A DNA stretch of 64,000 nt, taken from assembly GCF_964204645.1 (NCBI RefSeq), contig NC_134029.1, forward strand, positions 23,864,950-23,928,949, written 5' to 3'. A program made the position numbers and the translations under genes. The notes under the pieces were generated by a model. It had not been told where the DNA came from. It ran no database searches and worked only from the letters and a program-made list of their open reading frames with translations. The stretch is from Tubulanus polymorphus. Lineage: Eukaryota > Animalia > Nemertea. How positions within the stretch are numbered: position 1 is the first letter of the stretch; each line of letters begins with the position of its first letter. Below, piece after piece: positions 41,301 to 53,691 of the stretch.

Positions 41301-43563
41301 TTAGTCATAGACTATTTTATTTATCGCTTGATCACTGGAACGAAGGAGAGTCATATACACAACAGTTGTGCAATAATTATGAACACGTCACATACGACAA
41401 AATGAACCTCTCATCGAGGAAGGCGGCGAAATTGCCAAATCAGATAAACCCATTAGACATAATTGTAATTTATGAATCGATTTCGTAAAGGGCGTGTGAT
41501 GAAAACAGCAGGGGGATAGCATTTAGTCCGTTGCCTCGATTTTCAGTATCTTGAAAAACTTAATCAATTAGTCACATTAATTCAAACATCCCTAGGAGGC
41601 AATGCGCAGCGACTTATTTACAGAAAGAACAACCTATTTTTTACACACGTTTCGCAGATCTTTTGAACATCAGCAGCGAGATTTCACTGCGACTTTAGTA
41701 ACATCGATATCGCCGCACATATCACGGCACAAACTGTGAGATCGATGAACAATTTCTCGACCGATTGTGAAATTAATGCAGAATATCACGATATCATGAA
41801 ACGTATATCAAAAGAAATGGAACATAATGGAAACAGCTGCAGTAAATGACGTATACAATAAATGTGACTTAAGATATTCATGATATTGACACCGAAGAAA
41901 AAAGTCTTGTTTTCTTCTGTCCAGGTCACAAGAAAACCCCGCAGATTGCTGGCAAGAAATCTGACGAAGGCTGCTCTCATGTTCATGTACGTATAGAGAA
42001 GGTCTGATGCAAATACGTAATTTTCGAATAATTGCAAATGAATCAGAAAAAAAGTGAATGACGTAAAAGATGAAGCAGGCGTCGACCGATAATATTTTCG
42101 ATGCACAGAAATTTATGATGCCATAAAATATTTTCTTTCGGTCGCATATGTGGAGTTTATAAAGCGCTTTCTGTGCGTTACTTTCGCAAACGAGATCCAG
42201 GCACTTGATTACTTTTTCGTGGAAAGAATATAACATCGGATTAAGTCGGCGATGTCTGCCTCTTCATCTGTTTCGAACGTTGGAGAAATCCGTCTTTGTT
42301 TCGTTTCAAATTTAGAATTGTGACGACAACGTTCGTAACGCATTACATTAATTCGATATCTGACCGCGCCGTTAATTATTTTCTGTTTTAATTGCAGGTG
42401 AAACACAAGCATCTGCCAAAACAGGACAGCAAAGGAAAATCCGGTAAGAGAAAAGCATGGTGTTACCATGGTTACTGTATGTAGCGCCAGTACGAGCTCA
42501 AGTGTATTATCACATTCTCAATCAACTGTTTCAAGAATTCCGTGCCAGATATTGACGACAACCACGACGGAAATGGACTTGTGTTTGTTTTATTTCGAGT
42601 ATACTCGGCGCTTCAGCGTCGAATGCAGCTCGATGTTTATAGTCGGACCGATTTATTAGCGTAATAATCATTCAAACTCAATTACTGTTCCGTAGTGAAT
42701 ATAAATAGCCCTCGCAGGCTGAACGAGTCGATATGCATTTTATATTAGATTATATTAGATTAGTGCCACATGGCAAATAATCATTCATAGCCTATGGTTG
42801 TTGAGTTTTTTTTTCACAGACACTTATTAAAAACCGAAAGAATGGAACCGAAAAAGAGAGATTTTTCAATGATATCAGTTCGATTTTGCAACATTTCGCC
42901 GTTAATCGGAACATGATTTATTGCACCACGTGACCCCGGGCTGCCACCGAGAGTTATTTATTTCTCAAAACCCCTCGCACACGTTCTGTTGATAAAATTC
43001 CTTCAGTATCTCAATGATCAGGAAAGGCAGACGATCTGCACCTCTCCGCGAGATGCGATTTATTTTCGCCCGTGGTAGCATCTCACTGCAGCAAGCGGTT
43101 TTTTTCTAAACAATCATTTATAATCATATCAGTATCGTATCATATGTAGAATTCTGATTTTAATCTTTCTCCGAGGAATTCAAAACTCTTTTCTGTGTCT
43201 TTTCTCTCGTGGCATTTACGGAATGAGCACCATTTCGCCCTGACTGTTCCTCTGCTTTTTCTAGCTTAAAGCTAAAATGATATTGCAAAAAATTACTGGA
43301 CTAACTAAGAAAAATTCATTGATTTACTTTCTGCCATACATATTGAGTATTTCTCTGTGTTTTATCATAAAAAGATGTATTACTTTTATATACGTCCATA
43401 ATCTAATAATCAAAACGTGTATTTTACTTCCAGGTGCGGATAAAGTCAAGAAGAAGTGAGAAATTTCTTGAACTCTGAAGTCGGACGAATATAGCACGAC
43501 GCTGTATAAACAATGCTGCTTTATAAATGCATAGTCAAACTGGCTGTTCTTAAAGTTAATAAA
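38303..43563 (+). other. Candidate spliced transcript (lncRNA or micropeptide gene) divergent from SPAG8
   Basis: Donor CAG/GTAAAC at 39616; 46-nt exon 42398-42443 with a good acceptor and a GTAAGA donor; terminal acceptor at 43433; AATAAA at 43558. No long ORF. Confidence 0.4.
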
Positions 43564-44180
43564 TATATCTTACACATTCGGGTTGTTTCGGGTTCTAATT
43601 AACTATAAAATCAAATCGTTATTTCAACCCGATAATTCCTTTCTTCTTTGAATTGTGAGATTTACTTATCCAAAAAGTCATAATCCATTCGCAAAGCTTC
43701 CTTCTGAACAGCCAAACTATGTAAAATATCACTATACTTTATCGGAACATATTTTCCTATATTTATTGTATGTATGTTATATTAATTGGACAATATCTTA
43801 ATATGCAATATCATTCTGATTAATGGTTCTCTCTCTCTCTTCTCTTCACTCTCCTCCTCCTTCTCTCATTATTGAAGCAATGATATAACACTTTTCATAA
43901 AAAAACACCAAGAGCTATGAGAAATATCGGTGTTATCAATTTCCGTTTGAATTGTAATTGTTCTTCTTGATAAATAATTTATTTTGATTTGTATATATTT
44001 AAAAAGGAAACTCTTCCTGATTCTTACTATTGAATAATTAATGGAAATGAAATATACACGTAATTCGGTAAAATGAACATAAATATATTATATATATATA
44101 TATACCTTGTGCAAATTGTCTCTTATTTCCCTGTGTTACGGATTCATATTCACTGAATTCTTAGACACCCCTCGTATCTT

Positions 44181-44422
44181 CAGGCGCGGCCGGATCTAGG
44201 GTCTGATACAGGGAGGGGTGCAGCCCAAAATAGGACGTATAATTAAAAGGGCACCCCGAAAGAAAGCTCATCGGAAAACGTCGAATTGTTTGGAAATACA
44301 GAGTATAATTTCATGAATCTTTTATAGGCATCAATTTAATATTTTTCCTTTTCCAGTAAAATTTCAGGGCAACTTAAAACTGTTAAGAGGGGGTGCGCAA
44401 CCTCCCCTTGGATCCGCCACTG
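44181..44422. mobile_element. MITE-like element with GC-rich termini
   Basis: Termini CAGG..GGCCGGATCTAGGG and CCCTTGGATCCGCCACTG around an AT-rich core. Confidence 0.55.
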
Positions 44423-44816
44423 ATATTGAGCATCGGTTGTAAATTTAATGAGATCTTCAACCCCGAGGTTTTGGTGTCAAGGATTACGTTGTAACGTTTG
44501 ACTAACCGATGGTAGATGGCAGCACCTTCTTCGAATCTCCATGTTTCTCACAGAGGCTCGTATTTGAAGAAGTTTGGTAGTCAATTACCAATATTACTAA
44601 TATCATTTTTTGGGGATATAGGATGACCTAAGTTACTATACATCCCCATACACGAGCCCCTGTGATGCCTCTGTTCAAACAAACAAGACTACTCACAAAA
44701 ATTCATTCAAACTCCATCTTTATTTTAACCATTTTGATTCCGATACAATAAATTTGTTGGTAGAATTCATGTTTTCAGTCAGCGGTAAAATTAAATCATG
44801 AGTCATGATTGTTAAA

Positions 44817-45458
44817 TTATAAATCCACGCGACTTTTGAAGCCGTATTTCAGATAAAGTCTTTGAGCCGGATTCTGTAGTTGTGTAGTAATCAGTTGAAC
44901 GCTATCGTAAGAGTTTCTGCGACAAAAATTCACCGCCGTTTCAATCAACATAAGCCCGATTCCCATTTTACGACGACGTTTACAGACGGCCATCCGTCGT
45001 AGGAACGCCGTTTTACCGAGGGGCGAAGTGTTCTCGGCTACAGCGCCGTTAATCGCGAGGACATCCTCGCGCGCAACAATCGCTACCGTGCCGACGATAT
45101 CGCCGTCGAACTGCGCTACCCAGAAATTCGAATAGGCGTCGCGCTGATAACATTTCTCGATGTCGTTCAAATCCGAACACGAAGCGTGAAAATAAGCGAG
45201 CGCCGCTATTCGAATAACCAGATACACGACACCGAAATATCCGACGATCGCCGCACCAATTATCATCAACCAGTCATCGATAATCAGCGAAAACATCGAA
45301 AATAACAAACTCGCGAAAATCAATGCTTCTCGACGTAACAACGCATTTTTATACGCCGGCCACATATTTGTATAAACTCCGTCTAATAATACACGTTTAA
45401 CAGATTGTTGATCAGACGGCTGATACTGTCTGATCAATACTTCACAAATAACAACCAT
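44817..45458 (-). CDS. NAT8/camello-like GNAT N-acetyltransferase, intronless
   Basis: 213-aa ORF with an IRQYQPSD start motif, an internal hydrophobic segment, DLNDIEKCY, FWVAQFDGDIVGTVAI, acetyl-CoA motif LRRMAV..RRKMGIG, and AQRLYLKYGF. Confidence 0.88.
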   Translation of the reverse strand: MVVICEVLIRQYQPSDQQSVKRVLLDGVYTNMWPAYKNALLRREALIFASLLFSMFSLIIDDWLMIIGAAIVGYFGVVYLVIRIAALAYFHASCSDLNDIEKCYQRDAYSNFWVAQFDGDIVGTVAIVAREDVLAINGAVAENTSPLGKTAFLRRMAVCKRRRKMGIGLMLIETAVNFCRRNSYDSVQLITTQLQNPAQRLYLKYGFKSRVDL

Positions 45459-45537
45459 TATTGTTCTGTTTCATTCGCTCATGCAGTTTTATATATACGA
45501 GAAAAACACGTTTTTTTCTAGGGTTTTATAAATATTT

Positions 45538-46059
45538 CTAAGCGGTTGTCGACGTTTCTTCGATAACCGGTTTCGGAGCGGTATATTTGTCTAAGAACTC
45601 GGATAGATCTCGTCTCATGGCGTACGCGTCTTCACCGTCGGCGTAATACTTCGGTTCGATTTCGCTGATCGAGAATTTCAGCGTGCTCGTGTAAAGATGC
45701 AGCGCGGCGCGGTTACTCTTACGAACGTGCAACGAAACGTATTTCGCGCGGAAACTTTCGACCATCGCTCGCGACGCTTGATCCATGAGTTTCTGAGCGA
45801 GGCCGAGACGACGATGTGATCGTTTCACGGCGAGTGACGTGATGTGACCGTGCGGAACCGAGTCTTCCGGATCCTCTTCCATTTTCGCCAGGACGTAACC
45901 GACTATTTTTCCGGATTCGTCCTCGGCGACGTACGATAACTGCGGCCACGATAATCCGTGATAGAAATAGTATTTCATCTGATAGTTTTCAGGCAGGCAG
46001 AGTAAATTACAATGCTGCATATTCATCAGGTCTTCCGGACATGCATTACGGATATTCAT
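45538..46059 (-). CDS. NAA10: N-alpha-acetyltransferase 10 (NatA catalytic subunit, ARD1), intronless CDS
   Basis: [82 protein letters not shown] 5'UTR intron is likely (acceptor about 46068, donor about 46452). Confidence 0.98.
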   Translation of the reverse strand: MNIRNACPEDLMNMQHCNLLCLPENYQMKYYFYHGLSWPQLSYVAEDESGKIVGYVLAKMEEDPEDSVPHGHITSLAVKRSHRRLGLAQKLMDQASRAMVESFRAKYVSLHVRKSNRAALHLYTSTLKFSISEIEPKYYADGEDAYAMRRDLSEFLDKYTAPKPVIEETSTTA

Positions 46060-46664
46060 CGTCGATACTAGAAAAGAAAAATATAATTTATAGATATGTT
46101 CTTAAATACCGAAGCCAACCTTATGGGTTACCCCTAGTGACCCAGTGCTTCAGAAACACAGCCAGGTAGTTCGGCAAACGTTTGTTTTGTTTATCTTACT
46201 TATGTAGTGTAATCTAGATTTGTCCTATTGTTTTGATCATTTACAGGATTTCTCGGTTTTAAAAGTATTTACAGCTTAATTTTTGACACACCGTCCGATC
46301 GCAAAAAGTTACAATAAATGAAATGCATTTGTATTTGAGTTTATAGCGTCAATTTAACGTTTCAGCGATGTATTTCATTAATTATGAATAAAAAAAGAAA
46401 TCAATCGACTTGAAAATGAACCCATAATCATCATAGAAAATGAATAAACTCACCAAATATTAGATTTCAGACAAATTTAAACAAAAAACTGGTAAATTTT
46501 ACAAAACAGGAGCCGGGTGGAGCATGTTTTACTCAATCACATCCGTCATTTCCCAGTGCTGCGGCAACCAGTCTATGTTCCGCTAACGTTGGGAATCCCC
46601 GTTGAGGGCGCCAGCGGCTAAATTACTTCCGGGTTTGTCATATGATTTGAAATTAGGCCGGAGA

Positions 46665-49378
46665 ATGAATAAAATAGGCGTGTTTTACGGAGTTTTCTTA
46701 TTCGTTTGTGTATTTCATACACTCACAGTCTCACAGGTTCCACCGGTAAGTCGTTTGTACAGCTGTCATATTTTTTTACTGTCTAAAAAGTAGGATTTTC
46801 GACATGAAATGTCGACTCGTAGTAGTTTCATATTTTGCCGCAGGAGGGCGCTGAATGCAATTATTAGTCTTAATTTTTTGTTTCAAAAACCTCACAAGAT
46901 TCATCTTAATTTTCAGTACGTTGAAAAATGTGAGACTGGTTTGTACCCACCACCTGCCAAGTAAGTATCGAAAAATAGCATGTCAATAATTGCCTTTGTA
47001 TATGGCCTATGGATAAGACTGATCGATAAGATTTTAAGATAAGATGAACTTAAACAGTTTAATCCCTCCCTGTTTAAGGTACACAATCAGATACTCATTC
47101 AATATAGAGAAACCAAACATAGAATTAAAGTTGTGATAATGATTTCCAGTACAGTGAGGGTTAAAAATAACGAATGGACCCTATCCCTCATTGATTTATA
47201 AAACATATTCATCGTATCTCGCACTTAAAGCTTTAAAACTATATTTACCCGTTACAACTGATTGTTTTCAGACATGCTGTTGCTTCGCATATTGTAAATT
47301 TAGATTTAGCACCGGCTGAAAGATGGAGAGAGACACTAAAAGATAAGACACCGATGGTAAAAACTGATATTCAAAAAACTTCTTTTCAAATTACAAAATG
47401 TTTCAACATTTGATTTTTAAATCCATTAATTATTACATTTTCAGTTGAAGAATCTGATTGCGAAATTCAAGGAGTTCATCATTGATTTCAGCGGTGGTTC
47501 TCATTTCTTAATTGACCTCGTTGACAAAGATTTTGTAAGTGAATTAACCTTTCACACCTTGTTTTCATATGGGAGGATGAATATGAAGATGTGTATCTCT
47601 GTTTTGCAGGTTGTGTTGGTGGACACTTTACCATCACCATTCAAAGAAGAAATTAAAGGAATAGCCAATATAACGGGAATTCCTTTGGGTAAGAGACAGT
47701 CGATGATAAACCTTCTGTGGAAATAGTTCTATTGATATTCGTAAATCTGTAAATTCTACTAAATACAAACGACTGGAGTGATGCATAACTTCTCTATTAT
47801 CTTTTCATGCATTGTGTATATTTCATTTCCTTCAAAATAAAGCTTTTAGTTATTTCTTGTCACCTTCGATATTGAAATGGTATCTTGGTTTCTGTTTTTC
47901 AGGAGAAGTCGTTCTGTATAATGTGTTCTACGAGATATTTACAGTTTGTACCTCAATTATAGCACAAGATAGCAAAGGTTATTACAATTTTGAGTTATGC
48001 TTCAGTATATATACCTGTACTAGTATTGTAATACGCATTTGTTTTTCTTCTATTTAGGAGTCATGTATCATGCCAGAAATCTGGATTTTGGTCTCTTCCT
48101 CGGGTAGGCTCTACGTTACATATCAATTAATAATAAAGAAATTTATGAAAATACAGTCACACTCTCTAAAGTTGTTATTAACTGGGACGATCATTAGGTT
48201 TATGTCTTATATATTCAAATGATGACTTACACTTAGTAAATTAAATTGGAAATATCTCGAAAATAGAGATGACTTGTCATGACTTAACGAATTAAGATAG
48301 TTTGACTGTATACCTTGTTTCATGTAATTTTAGATGGAAGAATCACAGTTGGGTGATTACGAAAGCTCTTCGTCCTGCCTTAGTCCAACTGGACTTTCAA
48401 TCAAAAGGAAAAACAGTATTCAAATCTGTAAATTTTGCCGGATATATCGGTGTTTTAACAGGCATGAAACCAGTAAGTTGTTTTTAAAGGATCATTTATT
48501 TATTACGTACACAGGAAATTTGAATTTTCCCTCCCCTTTCCTCCCCTAATGCATTGTAATAAGGAATATTAATATAGCACCTTTCCATGTTGCCATGCTC
48601 AAAGCGCTGTTTCTCCTCAGTGTTTGTGGAACAACCATGTTTTGAGCTTTGATTTGAAACTATTGATTGAGTCCGGTGATTTCAAGCTCGCAGGAAGGGA
48701 ATTCCAAAGTTTGGGTCCAGAAGCCGAAACCCCTAAAGAGAATTGATGTTGTAATTAAATGTGTTTATTGATTACAATGTTTTACTACTGATTTCAGGGA
48801 GTATTTACACTGACAATGAATGAACGATTCAATGCTGATGGAGGTTATATCGGAATTCTCAAGTGGATACTCGGTGATCGTAAAAGCGTATGGATGGGAT
48901 TTCTGACGAGAATGGTTCTAGAAACGGCTTCCAGTTTCGAAGAGGCCAGATTTAGATTGGCTAATACTCCGATGTTGGCTCCTGCATATTTCATAGTCGG
49001 TGGCAACCAGTCTTACCAGGTCAGAAGACTAGTACACAACATGACCTAGTTTCATAGTTTCGAGTTGACACTGAATCAAATCTTAATTCAGAACTGTGGA
49101 ACAGGGTCCGGTGTGTATGAAAAATTAGAATACAGAGTTCACGATAATAATGTATTTTTCATTTGTTTACAGGGTTGTGTGATAACTCGTGCTCGTGATA
49201 AAGCTCTAGATGTTTGGTGCATGAACAAGACAGATTTCTACATTTTAGAGACTAATTACGATCACTGGGAAAAACCGTTTATTCTGGACGACAGACGAAC
49301 TCCGGCTCATAACTGCATGAACAAACTTACGGCAAAGGTGAATAATTTGGACTGAAAATGGATACTGCATTGATGGAA

Positions 49379-49412
<34 letters not shown>

Positions 49413-49950
49413 ACAAACATCTATATTTTCTATTAATTTAGGGTGTCGGAATTCCTGGATTGTTTAATGTCTTGTCATCAAAACCTGTTTTGAACAAGGT
49501 GGGTTTAAAATGCGTCTAACAACAGGCACTTGAATACCGGACTTCGTTACTGTGGGAAGTATTGAATAATTCACGAGCTATAACTTATTTGTGCTTCAAT
49601 CACCCACCATTTCTAATAATGAATTAAACTATGACGCAATTTACACCCCTGTTCTATCCGTACATTATGGTATAGGTAGAACTATGCATTGCATCATTGG
49701 TAAAAACAGTTGCATCATGTATCATTCAGAGGACGAACCATCATATCAATGCGCCAAACACTGTCAAAGCCCATATTCAAGTGCCCGTGTCCTAACATGG
49801 TAAAGCAGTATTAGCTCCATCCAATGCATTTTTGGATGAAATTTTGATTTTCTGTTTTAGTTGACGACTTATACAGCATTGATGCAAGTAAACAGCGGCC
49901 ATATTGAAACATACTTACAGTATTGTCCGGAACCGTGTTTCCCGTGGTAA
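46665..49950 (+). CDS. ASAH1: Acid ceramidase (Ntn-hydrolase); multi-exon
   Basis: Signal peptide, then [26 protein letters not shown] (catalytic Cys), [46 protein letters not shown], and the end CPEPCFPW* (TAA 49948-49950). Confidence 0.95.
49379..49412. repeat. (CT)n microsatellite in ASAH1 intron
   Basis: Run of CT units with one interruption. Confidence 0.9.
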
Positions 49951-50682
49951 ACCAGACTGTTCGTGAAACATTCCCAAAAAATTCTAGATCTTGTCAGAAA
50001 CTCATTGAAACTATTGGTTCATATTGTGTAGATGTTTATAATTATTTGAGCCCTTCTTTATTTATGATTGTAAATTTGTTAATTAGCACGATTTGATATG
50101 TTCGTTTTACACATATATATAATATTGTGGTAAGATAGATCTAATGTCTCTAGAAACTGTGATACATTATTTTGAGTTGATGCTCAAATGTTTACTGCTA
50201 TTTTGTAATTAAGAAAACTTGAAGATAGGACACGATACATGGGGGTACTGTTATATAGCGTCTGTCTATTTGGGCTCAAAATGTTCATGTTTGAAATGAT
50301 TGGCAAGCCTGCTTTATCTTTGCAATTAAATGGAAATTATTTTGTAATCTTTATAAATGAAAGAAGAAAATAAAACATTTTGATTAAAAGACGTGTTGAA
50401 TTTCTGGACTTAGGAATGATGATTGAGCCAGTTAAAAAGCTGGCGGCGACCCACGCGTGCTTCAATAACTACGACACTCCGGCTAGCATCGTGCCTAATA
50501 AGGACAGCCTAATCAATGATATACACATACGGACTTGATGCGCTAACAGAATATTCGGGATTCGAACCGCATCGATTGCTTATTACAGGCGCCCACAAGA
50601 AGGTAGCGGAACCAGTCTACTTAACTCGGGGAATCCCTTACATGAAATTCGCCAATAAACTTAATTTTTAGTCCAGTTTCTG

Positions 50683-53600
50683 ATGTCAGAGCCGTTGCAG
50701 AATCATATTTCAAGGATCAGAACATTCTTACACGTTTATCGATGGATTTCAGATGCGTATATATCGGTGAGGGCTTCAGAATTCACTGAAATATGTCGAT
50801 TATTGCAAGTTCTGATACCGGTACACTACAGTGAGTGGGTTCGAATCCCGTATTGTCAGACTCATTCACTATGTCAATATTCGTTTTAGGATTTTTATGT
50901 TGACGATTTATGGGGAAAAATTCCTGAAAAATGGAGACCAATCCTTGAAACACTTGATACTGTAGCTTTATCAAAGTTGTTGGACAATAATTGTGGGGAC
51001 TGCGTTCAGTACGGGTAGGTCATATGCGCTTCCACAAACCACTTATACAAATGCTATTATGTATGAGTATGAAGTAAAATGAAAATAAATTTCTATTTCA
51101 GGGATGTGTGGCCTCTATCGTTATTGTGTTATAAGGCTACGGCTTCTAGTTTGTCTTTACCTCGGACTCACTACAGCAGCAGCAGCAGCAGCAGCAGCAG
51201 CGCTGATGGAGATGCTGGGAAACAACATGTAACCTCACTTTCACACTGTTACAGAAAACATGTGAAACCTAAAAAACAACATGAAATCAAACAACTCGCG
51301 AAGGTTCGTCATAGCTTTACATGTATTTGTAGCTTACTTGAATTTTGTGCTAAATTCTAATCAAATTCGATGAATTTTCAGGAAATTAAGAAACTCAGCT
51401 CTGACTTGAACCGATCTCACGTTATCGATATCGGAGCAGGTCAAGGTCATTTATCTCGTCTGTTGTCATTTGGATATGGATTACCGGTGACGACTGTTGA
51501 AGCTGCCGGTTGTCACGCGCCAAAAGCTGAGAAATTTGATAGGTAAGGATTCAAACTGCACCGTCTAACAGTTTTACGAGTGCCTGTTCGAGAATGGAAA
51601 TACTGTAGTTGAGTCTATTATCTATTTTCAGAGAGGTCAAGCTTGATATTGAGAAAGGACAGAAAAGAAAGGTATTTTCTACTCAAGTATACAATGGAAC
51701 TCTTAATTTCGGATAATTGTTTGGACCAATAGAATTAATCAATTTTAAAAGAATTCCGAATAAGATATATATTTATTTATAGATGGTACTGAAAGTAATA
51801 TCTGGATTAGATCGAAATCCGGATTAAGTGAGTCCGAATAAAGTGGGTTTGATACGTTGAATAACCCCTTACATAATTTGACTATAATATGAGTGTGTTT
51901 GAAATAACCAAATACCAACTCCTTACTTTGAAAAAAATATTTTGAAAGTATGCAGTTATATTTCGGTAGTCATTTTAAATTATTTGCATTGTCGTTCTTT
52001 CTTTTTGTAGAAAGGGAATAAGCAGGTTTTAAATGGCGAAGTTGGCGCAGAAGATCCACCGAATGATAGATCAAAAACAGCTCCAAATCATATCATCCAC
52101 ACAATCGAGCCTTCAATGGCTGTAAACGAGTTCATCTCAATAGTAAAACAATCGCACGCATCACAACATAATCAACAACAACCCATCAACTCAAAACCTC
52201 AACATCATCAACTTATAGATAACAATACTCATCATTTCAAATCATGTAAGTCAAATACTGATAATCGATTGAATAACTGTACACGACATGTATTCAAACG
52301 TGAATACGATATTTTACAACAGTCTATGATTAATCAGAGTTCATTTGACGAGCCTGATAAATCCTCAAATTTCAGACAATCACTCGTGAGAAATACAAAA
52401 ACAATCACCGATAAATCGGGCAAAGCGACAAAAATAGATAATCGAAATATGTTGAAAACTGATGAAGCTTCATCGAATGAGACGATGATTTCCATAAATA
52501 ACAATTACAACTACTGTAGCGGTGATTTTATATTGACTGGTTTACACGCCTGCGGAGACCTTACACCGACTATCATACGTGTTTTTACTCAGTCTCCACA
52601 GATGTCAGCACTAGTATCAGTTGGTTGCTGTTATATGAAAATGACCTGCGGCGAGTAAGTTGATCGCGTACTGACGCCGTATACAACAGTTTCTATTAAC
52701 GGTTACTGTACTGAGGTTTCTTATTGTAGAGATTTGAATGGATTTCCTATGAGCGACTTTGTGAAAAGTCTTCCCGATCATGATTTGAGTTTTGAGGCTA
52801 GATCTTCGGCTTGTCATTTCAATGAAAACTATCAACAAAGGCTAATAGGTGAGTATAGATAATGAAGATGAGTTTTTAGTCCTCGATTGAAGGGATCATT
52901 CATTAATTACGTACGCATAAAATTTGAATTTTTCAACCCCCTCTGTACGGAAAATTGGCAATTTTTTCATTTACATTAAGCATTACAGTACGCAATTGCA
53001 CTGACCCCTCCCCCTCCCCTAATGCGTACGTAATAAATGAATGACCCCTTAACTTTGTACATGTATTTTACCTCTCTATTTCTAGACAATCTTCCGGAAT
53101 TGAAATTGCACAGTTACAGAGCAGCTTTACAGGTAATCATTCGTAACAGAGATTCTGATATGATTCACGGCGCCGTGAAAATCTGTGCCAAGAAATATCA
53201 ACACGCTTCTTTCACGGAGTAAGTATTGTCAGGAACGGATCGGCGGATTGCTTTCGAAGTTTTTTGAATGCATTATGGGCATTTGTCAGTTGAATCTTTG
53301 ATTTCAGATATGCGAATATTGGCTTGAGGAAATTAGGTATGGATGGTGAAATAAATGAATCCGAATTGAAGATCGCTGAACAGAATTTACTGAGTTGGAA
53401 GAATGTGGTAGCTTTCAATGTACTTCATCTCATGTTGACACCAGTCATTGAAACTTTCATTCTATTGGATAGAGTTCTCTATCTTCACGAACATGGTGAA
53501 TAGAAATATATTTCTCAAATATAATTTTTCATGAGCTTTTTATAAAGGCCTGCTCAGTCTGTGAACTGTGCCATAATGAATTAGTTTTTTTTTCAGGGAT

Positions 53601-53691
53601 TGCTGCTATTTTAAAGCCGATATTCGATCCAAAGATATCACCCAGAAACTTTGTACTCCTGGCAATGAAATCAAAGAATGACATGAGTTGA
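50683..53691 (+). CDS. METTL25B: Methyltransferase-like 25B (RRNAD1); multi-exon
   Basis: VWPLSLL, RKHVKPKKQHEI, SAM motif VIDIGAGQGHLSR, GLHACGDL, SVGCCYMK, ETFILLDR and IFDPKISPRN. The start codon is tentative. An (AGC)9 poly-Ser tract lies at 51175-51201. Confidence 0.9.
52891..53049. mobile_element. MITE with 28-bp TIRs in METTL25B intron
   Basis: Termini AGGGATCATTCATTAATTACGTACGCAT and ATGCGTACGTAATAAATGAATGACCCCT. Confidence 0.8.

Noticed and set aside
41030-42659. Cluster of 60-142 aa ORFs as a viral or transposon remnant
   Set aside because: They overlap in several frames, have atypical composition and show no recognisable motifs.
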